A DNA stretch of 64,000 nt from Camelus ferus (Eukaryota), in the NCBI RefSeq assembly GCF_009834535.1, contig NC_045697.1, forward strand, positions 20,834,001 to 20,898,000. Reading direction: 5' to 3'. Shown piece by piece: positions 27,501 to 41,275 of the stretch. Position numbers and translations under genes: made by a program. How positions within the stretch are numbered: the stretch's first letter is position 1; each line of letters starts with the position of its first letter. The notes below the pieces were generated by a model. The model was not told the DNA's origin. It was given only the letters and a program-made list of their open reading frames with translations, and did no database searches.

Positions 27501-28173
27501 TGGTGGAATTATAAATTGGTGCAGACACTATTGAAAAGAGTATGGAGGGTCTTTAAAACTAAAAATAGGATTACTGTATGATCCAGAAATTCCACTCCTG
27601 GGCATATACCTGGAAAAGATAAAAACTCTAATTTGAAAACATACATGTACCCCAATGTTCATAGCAGCACTATTTACAATAACTGAGACATGGAAACAAC
27701 CCAAGTGCTCTTCAAAAGACGATTGGCTTAAGAATATTACTCAGCCATAAAAAGAATGAAATATTGCCTTGCAGCAACACGAATGGACCTAGAGAATACT
27801 ATACCAAATAAAGTCAGACAGAGAAAGACAAATATTTTATTACTTACATGTGAAATCTAAAAAATATGTAATACAAATGAATCTATACACAAAACAGAAA
27901 CAGATTCACAGACACAGAAAACAAACTATGGTTACCGAAAGGAAAAGGGAGGGTAAAAGGAGTAAATTAGGAGTATGGGATTAACAGATACAAAGTAGTA
28001 AACATAAAATAAGTAAGCCAAAAGGGTTTACTGTACAGCACAGGAAACTATATTCAAGATCTTGTAATAAACTATAATGGAAAATAATCTGAAAATAATG
28101 CCTATAACTGAATCACTTTGCTGTACACCTGAAACTAACAAAACATAGTAAATCAACTATACTTCAATTAAAA
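27501..28173 (+). mobile_element. LINE-1 ORF2 end plus 3'UTR (artiodactyl/laurasiatherian type), 5'-truncated
   Basis: TATGATCCAGAAATTCCACTCCTGGGCATATA, CCCAATGTTCATAGCAGCACTATTTACAATA, TACTCAGCCATAAAAAGAATGAAAT, AACTGAATCACTTTGCTGTACACCTGAAACTAACA...AATCAACTATACTTCAATTAAAAA. Confidence 0.95.
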
Positions 28174-28872
28174 AGTAACTCTTAAAGATATTGGGTATTG
28201 ATCATGTAGAAAAAAAAATCTTATTCTTTTATACCATTACAAAAATTCATACAAATTACCTCATTTATTTTCAGTAGGCCCCTCCTTTCTTTTGCTTGTT
28301 TATAATCAGCTGTAATTTAGAGTGATGGGGACAAAACAAGTCAGAATCAGAACTGAAGTATACTAGAATCTTGCATGGTACAAATATTACAAATTAAATA
28401 ACCAAATTGTTTTACTATGCTATCTTCTGAATAAGTTATTTTTTAGATGAATGGGAACAATAAACATTTTAAGCAGTAAGTAATTTTTTAACCTTGACCA
28501 GGCTAACCATTCTATAATATTTGTCATTCATAAAATCTGACTTGCTGTTGCTACTACCAGGAGGAGGACCCAGACCAACATTTTTTTTGACCTTACTCAC
28601 CCCAAGTTCATGTGATAATCCTCTCTGAAGTGAAAAAAATATAATCGCACAGACTCTCTACCTTGTAGATAAGATATTTATAGGTTTTGAAGTACAAACA
28701 AGGTCTAGATATATTTACTTTATTGTGACATGTGAGTTGCATTGATTTTTATGTTTGGAGTTCACAGTTTTAGTGATGAATGTTGTGTAAAGAATTGCTG
28801 ACTATATATTATGCTTCATCTTTAGTAATCTCCAAAACTTTAGAGAAGAAATAGAAAAATGCCAACTGAACA

Positions 28873-29235
28873 CTATTATAGGTCTGGTTTCCCTGAAACA
28901 GAACATGATAGTTTGTATTCACATACGTGCAATTTATTAAGGAGATGCTCCCAAGAAGTCAAGTAATTTTGACGAAATCCGAGCATCAGCCCTATTGCAA
29001 TACAGAAGGGAGCTCTAAAGCTTAGTTATGCCTCTTATTTTGTTCCATTTGTAGGGAGTGTGTGTGTGAAGAGTAGGATGGAGATGTGGAAACTCTAACC
29101 ACCCAGTCATTTCCTCCTACCCCTCCAATCTCTTTGTGTTGTGGGGGAAAATGGCTCTGTAGCTTAAGGGCAGTCATTAAAAGCAAAACACGGGCACCTG
29201 GGGACATAGAGACAGGCACACAGAAACTATGAAAG
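28873..29235 (-). mobile_element. Old ERVL-type LTR (LTR16/LTR33-like)
   Basis: GGTCTGGTTTCCCTGAAACAGA...GTGCAATTTATTAAGGAGATGCTCCCAAGAAG resembles the reverse 3' end of LTR16/33. Confidence 0.5.
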
Positions 29236-32200
29236 TATCCAACAGAGACCTCTCCATTCCCTGTGAAACAAATGATGACGATGGGAAATGCTTCTTCTGT
29301 CTCTAAGGCAGGAATGATGCAACAATGTACTTACTGATTGGTCCTTAAAGACAGGAACTATTTCTTAATTGTTTTTATCCCCAGTGCCTGGCATAGTGCA
29401 TGATTTATCTAGTAAATGTTTAGTAAATATATGTAGACTAATTAAACACACACACGCACACCTCAAAGGACAGAGATAATTAATGAAACTTCCCAATTTG
29501 CCTAGCTCATATGTCAAAATTTTGAATCACAATGTTATAGCTGTACCAAACCATCTATCAAGACTGTCTCACATAGGATTTTAGTATTTAATCAAATGAA
29601 AGAGTATGCTGTGAAATTTTATTTTCTAGTACATGTTCATGTATCTCTTCTGTACTGGACCCTCCTGTTGATTTCAAAGGAGACTTGCTCAGCAGTGCTA
29701 ACAGCATAGGAATAAGAGTTTCATGAAAACAATATTCTATATTTTTAAGTTGTTAATTCAATACCTAAGGGGAAAAAAAGAGGAATGAGAGAAGGAATTC
29801 TGGCATTATACTACACTGACTTTAAATGCAGCAAAGCAAGTTTTCCACAATTATCTTTACTTTCTTTTACTTCAGTGAGTTTTCTAGATGAGAAAATACT
29901 TTCCCATATGCATTAATGTTAGTTCATAGAGTAATTTATATACACTGAACACTTTAAATTCTGTTTCTCCTCTTCTTCCTTAACTTTTTTATTAATTTCT
30001 TTTCTTATTCTTACTTCTCAAATAATATGTATACATATGGAGTATATATAACATAGCAGTTGTATAAGACATAATTGTAGGCACTTTTAAGCAACATGCT
30101 AAGCCTGAGATATTGTCACTAGGAAACTTCTAATGCCATTTTAAAATATCCATTAGAAATAGGCAGAAGTTTCTTCTTTCATTTTTTTGCTTTTAGATGT
30201 GGGGAAAAAGTCATTTCAGTGTTGTGACCTTAAAGGTTGACTTTTTTATTTTGATTTTGCTTGTGTCAGTCTCTAGAATATAATTTTAAATTCAGGAGGA
30301 TTATAAAATTTTTTGATTTAACATATTTGATGCATTCCTGGAGATAGAGAATGCAGACACTTGCCTTTGTCAAGTTATCTGTAAAATTGTATATATTCTA
30401 ATCATAGTGTGTGATATTTATTAATGGTTTTATTTCTTTAACATGGCATCTAGCATAGAGCTCGAAAGAGAATTATTACTCAAGATGTATCTATAGCATG
30501 ACTTTAGTAAAGTTTATAATGTCAAAATGAAAGTGTTTAGTACTTTTTTTTTGATAATTTCAGGCATTATAACCTTAAAATATAATAATGAGAGACTTGA
30601 GAAAGAACATATTTACTGGGTTGGATAATTCAGATCATTGATAAAATTCCCTTTGCTTTTTAAATGGAATCTTTTACCAATTATTTCTTAGTATCAGACA
30701 AAGATTCCCTTATAGTTACTGTTCAGGGTGCATAGTAATTTTGTACAAGTGAATTGGTCTCCACTATATTATAGGGATTGACTATCTCTGGAATTACTCA
30801 AGGTGAGACTAGAATATCACTTGTTAAAATTGATAAAATATTTCGATGAGACTAAATGCTAGATACTTGCTACTAAAATTTAGTCAATTCATGTTACTTC
30901 TTGCCTTGAAATCTTTCGTGTTTGCTCTTTGCTTTAAAGATAGATTAAAAACATGTTAAATTGTCTTATAAATCTATGTATAATTGGATTTATTGATTTT
31001 TTTAGCCTCTAATCTTACCACTCATCAGTTCAAATTCTTGGCTTCAACTATTTTGAATTATTAACTCATCATATATTCCATGATCCTGTCTCCAGTCCTT
31101 GTAAAGATGTTCGATTATCCTTAATTATCATTTTCTTCTCTTTCACTTTGTCCATATCTACAAACCCCCTAGGTTTCACTTTCCTTCCGATAATTGTCCT
31201 GCAGGTATTCTAAGATGAGGTTCAATGTCTCGTGTAGCTCCATAGCGTCTAGTATTTGGGCAGATGGTGACATTTCAGCCACTGAAATTTTCTATTACCT
31301 TGTCTGCATTGATCCACCAGACTGTAAAAATCTTGAACTATTAAATAATTGTACTTCATTCATTTTTGTATCCCAGCAACTGGCAGAGTGTTAGGCACTC
31401 CACATTCTACAAATAGTATATATAAATTCTCACACACACACACACACATTCATAATATCCTACACAGAAGAGATTGATGAGATTATTTTTTATTCTGATG
31501 TGCCAAGGAAACTTGTATATGAGAATGCTAGGTAGACACCTCGAAATAACTTTATGTGGCCAGCTTAACAATGAGCACAGCAGAATATGCCAGTTACTGC
31601 TACTGATTCAAACATATGCCAAGCCTAGTTAGATTTGAAAGCATCTTTAGATTTACCATATCTGTTCCCTCTTTTCTTCATCCAGGGAGAATTACTTGAC
31701 GAATCAGTTGATTCATCTTTAAATCGACACATTATTTCATATTCGTAACAGTAAGACAGTGGTTTAAAATGTACAAAAATTAATTCTTAAAACAAATTTG
31801 GTATGTATATTGTTATGGAAAAATTAATCTATTAATACTTATTATGGAGAATTAATCTACAGTACCAATGAGAAAAACGTCTTGAAATACAACTGTTATA
31901 TTGAGGTACAAACTCATTAGTCTCAATAAAGCCTCCTTTTATTTTGGTCTCACTGACAACTCACCTCCTGTCAATGAAAATTCTTTAACATCAGTCCATG
32001 ATTTATATCTAAATATTCTGGGATTCCTGCCAGTGCGTGCCCTCTATATTGAGCTAAATTTTAATTCGTGTGTATTGTATTATTTCTCTATTGCTTAATA
32101 AGATGTAGTTTTTACCTATTTATTTTTCTAAATAAACCACTTATGAAATAACTATATATGTTTACACTTATAAAACTGTTTTATTTTGATAAATATTCAT

Positions 32201-34192
32201 AAAATATAAATATGGATTCATGATGTTTTGATGTGAAAAAATGTTGTGTCTCAGTCTCATAATCATTAATTCTTGAGGATTTGATGCTGTCTATACATCT
32301 GAGTATCTGGAAAAGGATAAATTCAATTAATATGTAGTTAAAACAATGCATACATGCATTAAAATGTAAAATGCAATTACACTTTCATTTGATCAATAAA
32401 TGCTAAATTGTTGATTTATATTCAATTACTGGATAGTTGACCTGTGAAATATGATTTTCTAAAACTAGAGGACAAAAGAACTAAATTCCCTCTGCCATTC
32501 TTTCAGAATTTTTCTCTTCTTAAAGGTCAAAGAGAAGCATTTATCCCAAACCATGTTTTACTACAGTTTAATTAGAGTATGTGTTTTATGCAACCCTCTC
32601 TTTATGTGAATTTTAAGATCCCCAGTTTGACCAGGGAAGTGGATTCTAAAAATAGTTTCATATGAAATTTAAATAATTAACTTACCAGAAGCACATTTTC
32701 AAAAGTCTTTACTACATTCTGTTACCCTCCAAAATATGAAGTATCCAAGACTAGAACTTGAGAGGTCTTTTATTTGGAAGGTGGTCCCAAGAGCTTTACT
32801 GATAGTGTGCTTTATTAAAAAGCATACTGAATTGAATGCCTTCCAGAAGCATGCAGTTGAAAGATGGAAGGCTGGAGCATTATCCAAAGTTTCCATTTGC
32901 TAACTAACATCCGAGAGTTGTCCCACACTTCTGGGCTAGAAGTTTCACCAGGATCTAAAGTTCTAGAAGCCTTGGGTCCTGGAGCACATCTGGAAAAACT
33001 CATAAATATGCTTGAGATTGATACTTAAAGTCAAGGTGAATCAGTACGTGGCACAGTTTGGCTGAAATCAAAGGTTGCCCAAAAGGATGTGACATCGGTG
33101 CCTAAAACACCTGCTACATCTGTTTTCTGTAGAACAGACATAACTCTAGGTGCTTAGGATACACAGGTGAGTAATACAAACAAAAGTCCGAGCTGTTATG
33201 GAGCTTCTATCCTGGTAATGGCAAAATGCTCAAGTTGAATTGGATGAAGATTTGGTTAAATATATCCTTTTGTTATTTGACTGAGATTTGAAATTGTGAA
33301 TAATTTGCAACATTTCACAATAAACCTTTCCCTTAGAAGCATTTACCTCTATTGTGATGTTGTTTTCCTTTTGGGAAACACAGGAAATTACACTGATATT
33401 CAACGGTAAGAAATAATAGTGCTAAGACATTATTATTAAATTATATATAAATATCTTCATAATCAGAACATAGCATTTTTATGCTAACATGTGTATTTAT
33501 TGAATATAGGAAAAAAATTCTGTGTATAACATAAACAGTATCTTTCCTGAACTAAAAATTAGAATAGTGTGATTTGGATTTCTTTTGAAGACATATATCA
33601 TTTGTATGGCTTCACATGAAATTTTATAATTGACAGCATAAACAAAAATCACTATATTTATTATCTTAATTTGTCCCCATTTTTTGCAGATATTAAACTC
33701 CATAAAAAGGACTCTCATCATAGTCAAGTGTTTTCCAAAATGGGAAAAAAATGCAAGTTCAGATACCCAAGGCAATTATTATAAGATCTACCATAAAGAT
33801 AGAATATTTTTAAAAATTAGTTGAAATAAGGAAAATAAATTTTTTAATCTTTATGTAATTGTTTCAATAAACAAATCTACAGGCTATCTTGTCTCTATTG
33901 TTCTTGCACCAAAACACTCAAAAATACTTTTGACCAGCTTGTTAATTTGCTAGTGCCAGTGTCTAGGAAGTTCCATAGTACTGAAATAAGATTCCGTTTA
34001 ACTACTCACCCAAAGCTTCTCAAAGTAGCTATAAAATTGGAATTAAAAAATAATATTTATTTGAAAAGAATGTTTGAGATGTTGAAGTAGTGATAATATT
34101 CAATACACCCTTTCGAGGAGAAATTTCTACTTTGGTTGTGCAGAGAGAAGGAGACATCCATTTATAATATTTGGGCTAATTGCACTGCATCC

Positions 34193-34730
34193 TGTGGTAG
34201 GCACACTATTTTACAGAGAAGGCCACAACAGTAACTTCAATCCCACATTGTGATTTTGCCATTTTTATGAAGCATAAAGGGAACTCTTCATCTTATGAAT
34301 CTGAGTGAATCTATTGCTACCTTGTAACCAGTGGAAAGTAGTGGAAGTGACACTGTTTAACTTCAGAGACTAGTTCATAAACAACAGTGGACCATTGCTT
34401 TTTTTTGATTAGACAGATATTTTGGGGCCCAGAGCTACTATATAAGAAGCCCTATGGTATGAGGAACCCCAAACTAGCCCATGAGGAGAGATCATATAAA
34501 GAGACTTTTAGACTAAACGAGGAGGTGGGGAGGGAGGGAGAGAGAGAGAGAGAGTGAGAGAGACACATGCCTGGTAAATTTATCCAACTCTTTCAGCTCT
34601 GGTCTGTACCTGAAGGCAGTTACATGAGAGAGAGAGAACCATCTCCCTGAACCCTTTCTGAATTCCTGATTCACAGAAACTCTAAGAGACAATACAATTA
34701 TTGTTGATGTTTTAGGAAGATAAGCAAAAC
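34193..34730 (+). mobile_element. MaLR LTR, MLT1 (F/G/H-like)
   Basis: TGTGGTAGGCA start; GGAAGTGACACTGTTTAACTTCAGAGACTAG; GAGGAACCCCAAACTAGCCCATG; AATTCCTGATTCACAGAAAC. Confidence 0.8.
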
Positions 34731-35594
34731 ACTCCTTAAGGAGAATGCCCATCACTTTTCCATTTGTTTAAAAATCATTTCCACCATGCCTTTACCCCTA
34801 TAATAGAAAGTCTGAATGTAAGTGCTTAATATATATATTTATTAATAATTTAATTTACTTTAAAGGAATGATGTATTTGTACCTAAAATTCCTTCAAGTA
34901 CTTGAACCCAGAAAATCATAGACTATTTCCACACAAAACTGCAAATATATATATATATGTAAAATAGACAGTTAAAAGACAGTATAAACTAGAAACTGAT
35001 AATGTATCTTATTTCTTTTCTTCATCATTAGCTGAGAAGATGCACAAATTGTTCATTAGATACTGGCCTCAACTAATAAAAGAGTTTTATATAGGTAAAA
35101 GTATAGTTTGAGTCAATAAGTCAGTATCTAGAAACTTTGAATGTTTTCATGAGTTACTATGAGGTAAGTAATTTCTCAGGCCATTGCTGGATGGTTAAAT
35201 CTTACTTTTGCAACTCATGGAAATACCTGAAGTATCTGAAAGCTTAGTTACTAAAATTACTATAATAACAATAAGCATAGCAAAACGCTAAGAAGGTAGA
35301 TTCAAGAGATATAAAGCGAACTTAATGGGTAAAAACCATTTATCTTACATACAAACAATACTTGATAGTTTCTTTTGATTATGCATAAAGGCCTTCCTAG
35401 TGCACTGACATCTATGTCCTTCCATTCAGATTGCCCAAGGTGTCAGTCTGCATACTTTGGAAATGGTCCAAGAATTTTCCAAGATATAACTCAATTAACC
35501 TGCTACCTTTTTCCCCCCCAAATTTCTCCAAATTCTCTGTTTCTTGAACTACAGTCTTTTATTTCTCAGTTTCAAAAAATCTACAGACTATGTG

Positions 35595-36000
35595 TTAGCA
35601 TTATCAGCTATTCTTTCCTGTGTACAAATCTCTCCAAAACTCAGCAGTTTCATACAAAAGCCATATATTTTTACTGATGAGTCTATGATAAGTCTATGAG
35701 TCATCTGGTGGTTTTACTGATATAATTCTCACCTGTCAATTGAGTTTGCTCTTATGTTTCAGTCGATTGAGTGCTGGGTGGTCTAAGATAGCATCGCTTG
35801 CATAATTGGTGGTTGGCTTGCAATCATCTGGGACCAAGGAGAGACTACGTGTCTATTATTCTTCTTTAGGCTAGCCAGGGCTTCTTCACAAGGGGCTTAC
35901 AGACTTTGAGTCCTAAGTCAGAACTGGTATATCTCTTTTATTACTTCCTATTGATCGTAGCAAGCCACAAAACCAGTCCATATTCAATGGATGTAGAAAC
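35595..36000 (-). mobile_element. MaLR LTR, old MLT1
   Basis: ACAAATCTCTCCAAAACTCAGCAGTTT...GGCTAGCCAGGGCTTCTTCACA...CTATTGATCGTAGCAAGCCACAAAACCAGTCCATATTCAA. Confidence 0.7.
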
Positions 36001-36479
36001 AGACAAATACTTAAACTTCATCTGTCAAAGGAAGCCTTTTAACCCCTGATTCAACTGAGCAAAAATACAGGTTGAGAAATAACTATATCATTTTTGCAAA
36101 TATTCTACCATAGAAGTCTAATGGCCAGCTAGGGGTCATGTTACCAAGAGAGAAGGAATGTAATTGCTTTCTCTGACAGTCACCTTTCTGCCTCTGGACC
36201 CTTTCTTTATATTTGTTTTTCTCATCAGATTTATTTTTTATACCCACTGTGATATCAAGTGATGATAACAAAAACAACAATAATAACACTAATGATATCA
36301 GTTAATATTTATTGGACACTTACCATCTGCTGGTTACTATACTAAATTATTTATAAACATGACTTATTTATTATTTATTCCCCTCAGCAACTGTATATAG
36401 TAAACACATTTATTACAGTATAAAATTATGAATGAATAAGTGCACACAATTTTTATTATTTATTTATTATTACTATTAA

Positions 36480-37180
36480 TTTGTCTCAGAATAAAAGCAA
36501 GCAATTGTACATTGGCATATAAGGATGTGCACACAGAAAGTTCTTTGATTGCATCTTCTGTTATCCCTTTCTGTCACTCCACTACAGAAACTCTGGCCTC
36601 CTTTCTCATTCCAAAGCAAGACAGACAATATCCCTGTGCAGCGGGCTTTCCACCTGCCTGGAGCAATTCTGCCAGATGAATGAATAGATTTTTTTCCTCA
36701 CTTCCCTCCATTCTTTTCACACACAGTACTTTCTGAATGAGGTCCACCTTACCATTTTATTTACTATTTTAACCTCTTCTCCACTTCCTCTTCCCTAACC
36801 CATCCTTCTGTTCTCTCCTTATGACTTGTCACCTTCCAGCATATTATAAAATGTACAGTTAGAATTGAGGTCGACAAACTATGTCCCATAGAACAAGTCC
36901 AGCCCAACTTCTCTTTTTGTAAACAAAGCTTAATTGGAACATAGCCACACTCATATATTTATGTATTCACTAGGGATGCTTTTATGATACGATGGCTGAG
37001 TTGAGTATTTGTAACAGAAATGTAAGACTCAAAAAGCTGAAAATATTTACTATGTGAATCTTTTGAGGAAAAAATATTCTGACCTTTGTCAATGTAAACT
37101 CCAAAAAGGCAGGGAGACATTCTTTGATCACTGATGTGTTCCAATGTCTAGAAAAACAAATTAATGGTTTTTGAATGAAC
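36480..37180 (+). mobile_element. L2 LINE 3' region split by MER58A
   Basis: CTCTGGCCTCCTTTCTCATTCC...CCTGCCTGGAGCAATTCT on the left. Resumes AATGTAAACTCCAAAAAGGCAGGGA...TTGATCACTGATGTGTTCC...TGAATGAA after 37088. Confidence 0.7.
36867..37088. mobile_element. MER58A hAT-Charlie DNA transposon
   Basis: GAGGTCGACAAACTATG...TTTTTGTAAACAAAGCTTAATTGGAACATAGCCACACTCAT...GAGTTGAGTATTTGTAACAGA...AAAATATTTACTAT...TGACCTTTG. Confidence 0.9.
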
Positions 37181-39099
37181 TAATTTTCCAGGCTACTCCT
37201 CTGTAGTATGTATCTATATACTAACACTGTTGTAAATACTTTGGGCATAAATTCATGTAACATAGGAGGGAGAATTTTGAGGTGGACAGCATAACACAGT
37301 TTGAAAATATTTCCAAACACAGTATAGCTTTATTTTATGACTGGCTTGATACAATGGACTAATTTTTCCATACTAGAGTTTACTATTGCAATATTTTTCT
37401 GACATATATCTTGATGTTTTTCCCAATATATTATCTTTTAAAGTCAAATTAAAGGTTCATATCTTTTTGTCAATCCCTTTCCCAACTATTTCAGTCTAAA
37501 ATATGTAATATCTGCTTAATTTCTGTATCTCCTGATAATTCTACTATAGGCATGAACATTTGTTATATTTCTAACTTACGTTTTCTGGATAGAGATACAG
37601 TCCTCCCTCAAACTACTTTTAAAATACTGATTTCTTAAATGCTGGAATTTTGCCTTATTTTTCTCTACAGTGACTACTTGGAATTCACTAGTTATTCCAC
37701 CAATACTTGATTTTATTGTCATCGAAATTTAGCTCTGCTAAAAATAATTTTGAACCTTTTAAGTACTTATCTTTATGTATAGAATAGTATACTTCTTATA
37801 TTTCTTGAAATGGTAAAAGCAGCCAAATATATATTTTTAAATATCATTAGAAGTCCCTCAAAAAGAGAACTTTTCAAATGCCCTGCCCTCCCTTTCTTTA
37901 TCCAAGGTGTAAATATCACATCCAAGCCTGTGTCATTCTACTCTGTTTCAGACAATATTAAAAAGTGTTGACACGTGAGAGGTGGGTACAAGTTTTCATT
38001 TGAAAAACCATTCAACCTCAGAGAAGAAATGTTATTTCATGTAATTAGAGGAGTGAATTAAAGTCAGGATTTGTATGAAATCCAATTACTTTTAAGCTCC
38101 AATATAAGATGTATTATATTCATTCCTTTGTCAATTTGTGCAGACTTTTTTGTGAGACTCTGTGGGTACTAAGATAACTAACATTTGGTCCTTAATATCA
38201 AGGAGCCCAAAGATTTGGAGATATGGGCAGACACAGAGAGGTACCCATGAATTCACCCTGAATTCTACATTGACATGTGTATTTACAAGGTTCACATGGG
38301 CTGGGGTCAATCGACATAGGCAAAGATTTTACAATTAAGCTTGTTTTTCTGTTTGTTCTTTATAACCATACATAGGGATTAACTTTACATGTTTTTTTCC
38401 CCCTAAGTTTCCTGTAATTTCATCAATTTCTAAAGCAAATTTTAAAAGACAATTTTTGGAAATTTCTATAAAAAAATTGATAAAATATCCCTTTCAAGAT
38501 AATTCCTGGAACTACGCAAATTGATTTAGTGAATGAAAGATATATATATTTTTAGCCTTTTTTGAAAACTATTGCTTCAAGAAAATTCATAGAATCTATA
38601 TTCTCTTAAAAATATTTGACATTGTCACTTTCCCTGATATACTGGTCCCTGACTATTTTTGCTTTATGTGTTCTCTTTATATTCAACGCAGTTGTTATAT
38701 ATAGCCACTATTTGGCAGCTATATAGTTTTCTGTGTGGCTATACAAGTATCTATATGCACTTTATCTTGTTAATTATATTTCAGACCCCATAATAGCAAG
38801 AAGAATGTTTTATTTATTTGCTATTACTCATCATCCTTAAAACATTACTTTATTAGATACTCAAATATATTTTAAATGAATAATGTTTCTAAATTTTTCA
38901 ATAAAAGAGATTTAATTGCTATTTTATTTCACTTCCATGTTAATAAGCCTTTAGGGGCAAACTCCTCATCACATAGAATTGGTGATCTTTTTATAATTAT
39001 GTACCTTGAGGACAAAACCCTGTATTTTTATTCTTAACATAAAAATTGAGATCTTATTCTTTCTTGCCTTCTACTAAAATGTTTAACATATAGTACATG

Positions 39100-39480
39100 C
39101 TTGAGTCTTGGTTGAACTCATATTTGCTCTGTCTGGAAGACACCTCCATCAGACATCTTCATCCTTTGCTCTCTCATTTATTTCCAAATTTTGTTCAACA
39201 TGATTTTATCAGAAAGAATTTCTTGGCCTATTTTATATAAAAAAAGCAAACTAGATCTCATATATTTATTTACCACATCCTTCTACATTATATTGTCTAT
39301 TTTCTTAATGCTCTCTGAAGATACCTATTCATCCTTCTGTCTATATTGTTTATTTATCATCCCCAACCCAAGAATAATACTCTCATGGAGGGTAAAGATT
39401 TTTGTCTGTTTCCATCCTGCTGTTTCCTTAGTGCATCAAACAGTACCCAACATATAGTAGGTATTCAATAAATCTATTTT
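39100..39480 (+). mobile_element. L2 LINE 3' end
   Basis: CTCATGGAGGGTAAAGATTTTTGTCTGTTT...GTGCATCAAACAGTACCCAACATATAGTAGGTATTCAATAAAT. Confidence 0.75.
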
Positions 39481-40699
39481 ATTCACACTACCAATTACAC
39501 ATTTTAAAAGTAAGATTGAAAATATTTTAAACATGGAATATGACTGATATTTTAGTATTTCTTAAATGTTAACTTGCATCCTAAGTGTGCAAGTATGAAA
39601 ATAAAACAATTTAATTTGCTTTTAATTTAAGATTAAAACTTCTCTTTTTTAGCTCTTTTTTGAAAACAATACTGAAAGTATAAGTATTCTAAATGTTTGC
39701 ACTATCTATTCATAAGTGATTTTAAAAACAAAAAGATTAATCTAATATTAGTAAGAATATTAGGATTTCATTTTCATAAATTCCTAAGATATACTGAGAA
39801 GAATCTCATTTTATTCAAAGGAGTATCAAGACAAAAAATTTTTTGCCCTAAACTATTTAATTAGTGGTAGATTTAGTGGCAGAAAATTAATGATTTTATT
39901 GAAGATGTTCATCATTAAATTAATTCCTAGAGTTTCAGTATTTTTATAACAGCACTACAAGAATTCTCATCCTGAATTAAAAAATGAAAACATGTGGCTG
40001 AGTATGTGTGTGTCATCAGTCCTTCTCATGATGCTTCTATGTTCTATCATTTTATTTTGTAACAGAATGAGGCTCCTTTAGCACAGAATAAGAAGGAAAA
40101 CAGACATATTTAAGAGCCAAAGTAATGTTTTTCATATATTTTTAATTGGTGACAGAACCTTTTAGTGAAACTGTCTACTTAACAACTTGGAAATTAGTAG
40201 CTTTCTAGGTACTATATAAGCTACTACTTTAATTATGGCCGTGAGTTGATTGAATCAATGGAACTGCAACCAAAGTATTAGACTAACATTTGCCCAAAGA
40301 GCTATCTTGAGGAATGATTAGCTTTTTCTTTTGAAGAAGTAAAACAAAAAGCACAAAAACTTTTAGAAAACAGTGGTAGGTATTAAAAGTTCACTATTAA
40401 ATGCATACTTTTGAACCCCTAACACTTGCAAAATTTACTCCAAATATTGAGAATGTAGTAAACAAAACAAGACATGAATTCTTTGCAGCATGAAATTTAG
40501 ATTCCAATGAAAAGAGAACAATGAACAGATTGGTAAATTAAATATTAAGTATGTCAGATGGTAATAAGATCCACAGAAATAAGCCAAGCAGGGAAGGGAA
40601 TTTGACGTGGGAGCATGAGGCATGGCCTGGGAGCTCTGGATTTCTTTTACACGTCATATCAACATACACAAGTGATCACTTACTTGGAGGTAAAAATGA

Positions 40700-41275
40700 T
40701 CAAATGTATGATTACATACTGAGTTATGGGTTATGGCCAGTGGTTTGGCTGGATGATCAGGGATGTAGATAAAATGTGACAGAAAAGTTAGTGACAAAAA
40801 ATTTAGGAAAGGAATATCTGGATATACTTCTCTGAATGGGCAAAAAAGTGAATATATTTGTGTCCCATGTGAATGCTCACCAAAGACTGACCTCAGTAGA
40901 GGAGGATTTTAATCATTGAGCAGATAGAATGGCCTATAGTGTGATTACCAGCCAAGCTCTTTCCACAGCCAGCCCTGTCATCCCCAAATGGGCTCATAAA
41001 CTTAGCAGACATGGTGGCACCAGGACACAGGCTGCATCCGCAGCTGAGTACCCAATCAGCTGCAGAGATCAGCACTGAGTCCCTGAAGTGGCACCATCCC
41101 CTGGGGTGGTCGGTCAGCTGCTGGGTACATGTTGAACTGATTCCCTCATAGAAGGGACAGTGTTTTCTTTTTACTGAAATGGACACTTACTCTGTCCATG
41201 TATTTGCCTTCTCTGCATATAGTGTTGCTGCCAACACTACCATCTGTGGACTTACAGGCTGTCTTGTCTACTGCT
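40700..41275 (+). pseudogene. pol: ERV-L pol fragment (RNase H C-half to integrase N-half), decayed
   Basis: Manual translation across stops and frameshifts: LHTELWVMASGLAG*SG, WIYFSEWAK, IFVSHVNAHQRLTSVEEDFNH*ADRM, PVIPKWAHKLSRHGG, LSP*SGTIPWG, KGQCFLFTEMDTYSVHVFAFSA..AANTTICGLTGCL. These parallel the recalled ERV-L strings YTDSWAVANGLAGWSG, FVSHVNAHQ, WAHEQSGHGG and GIDTYSGYGFA. Confidence 0.92.
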
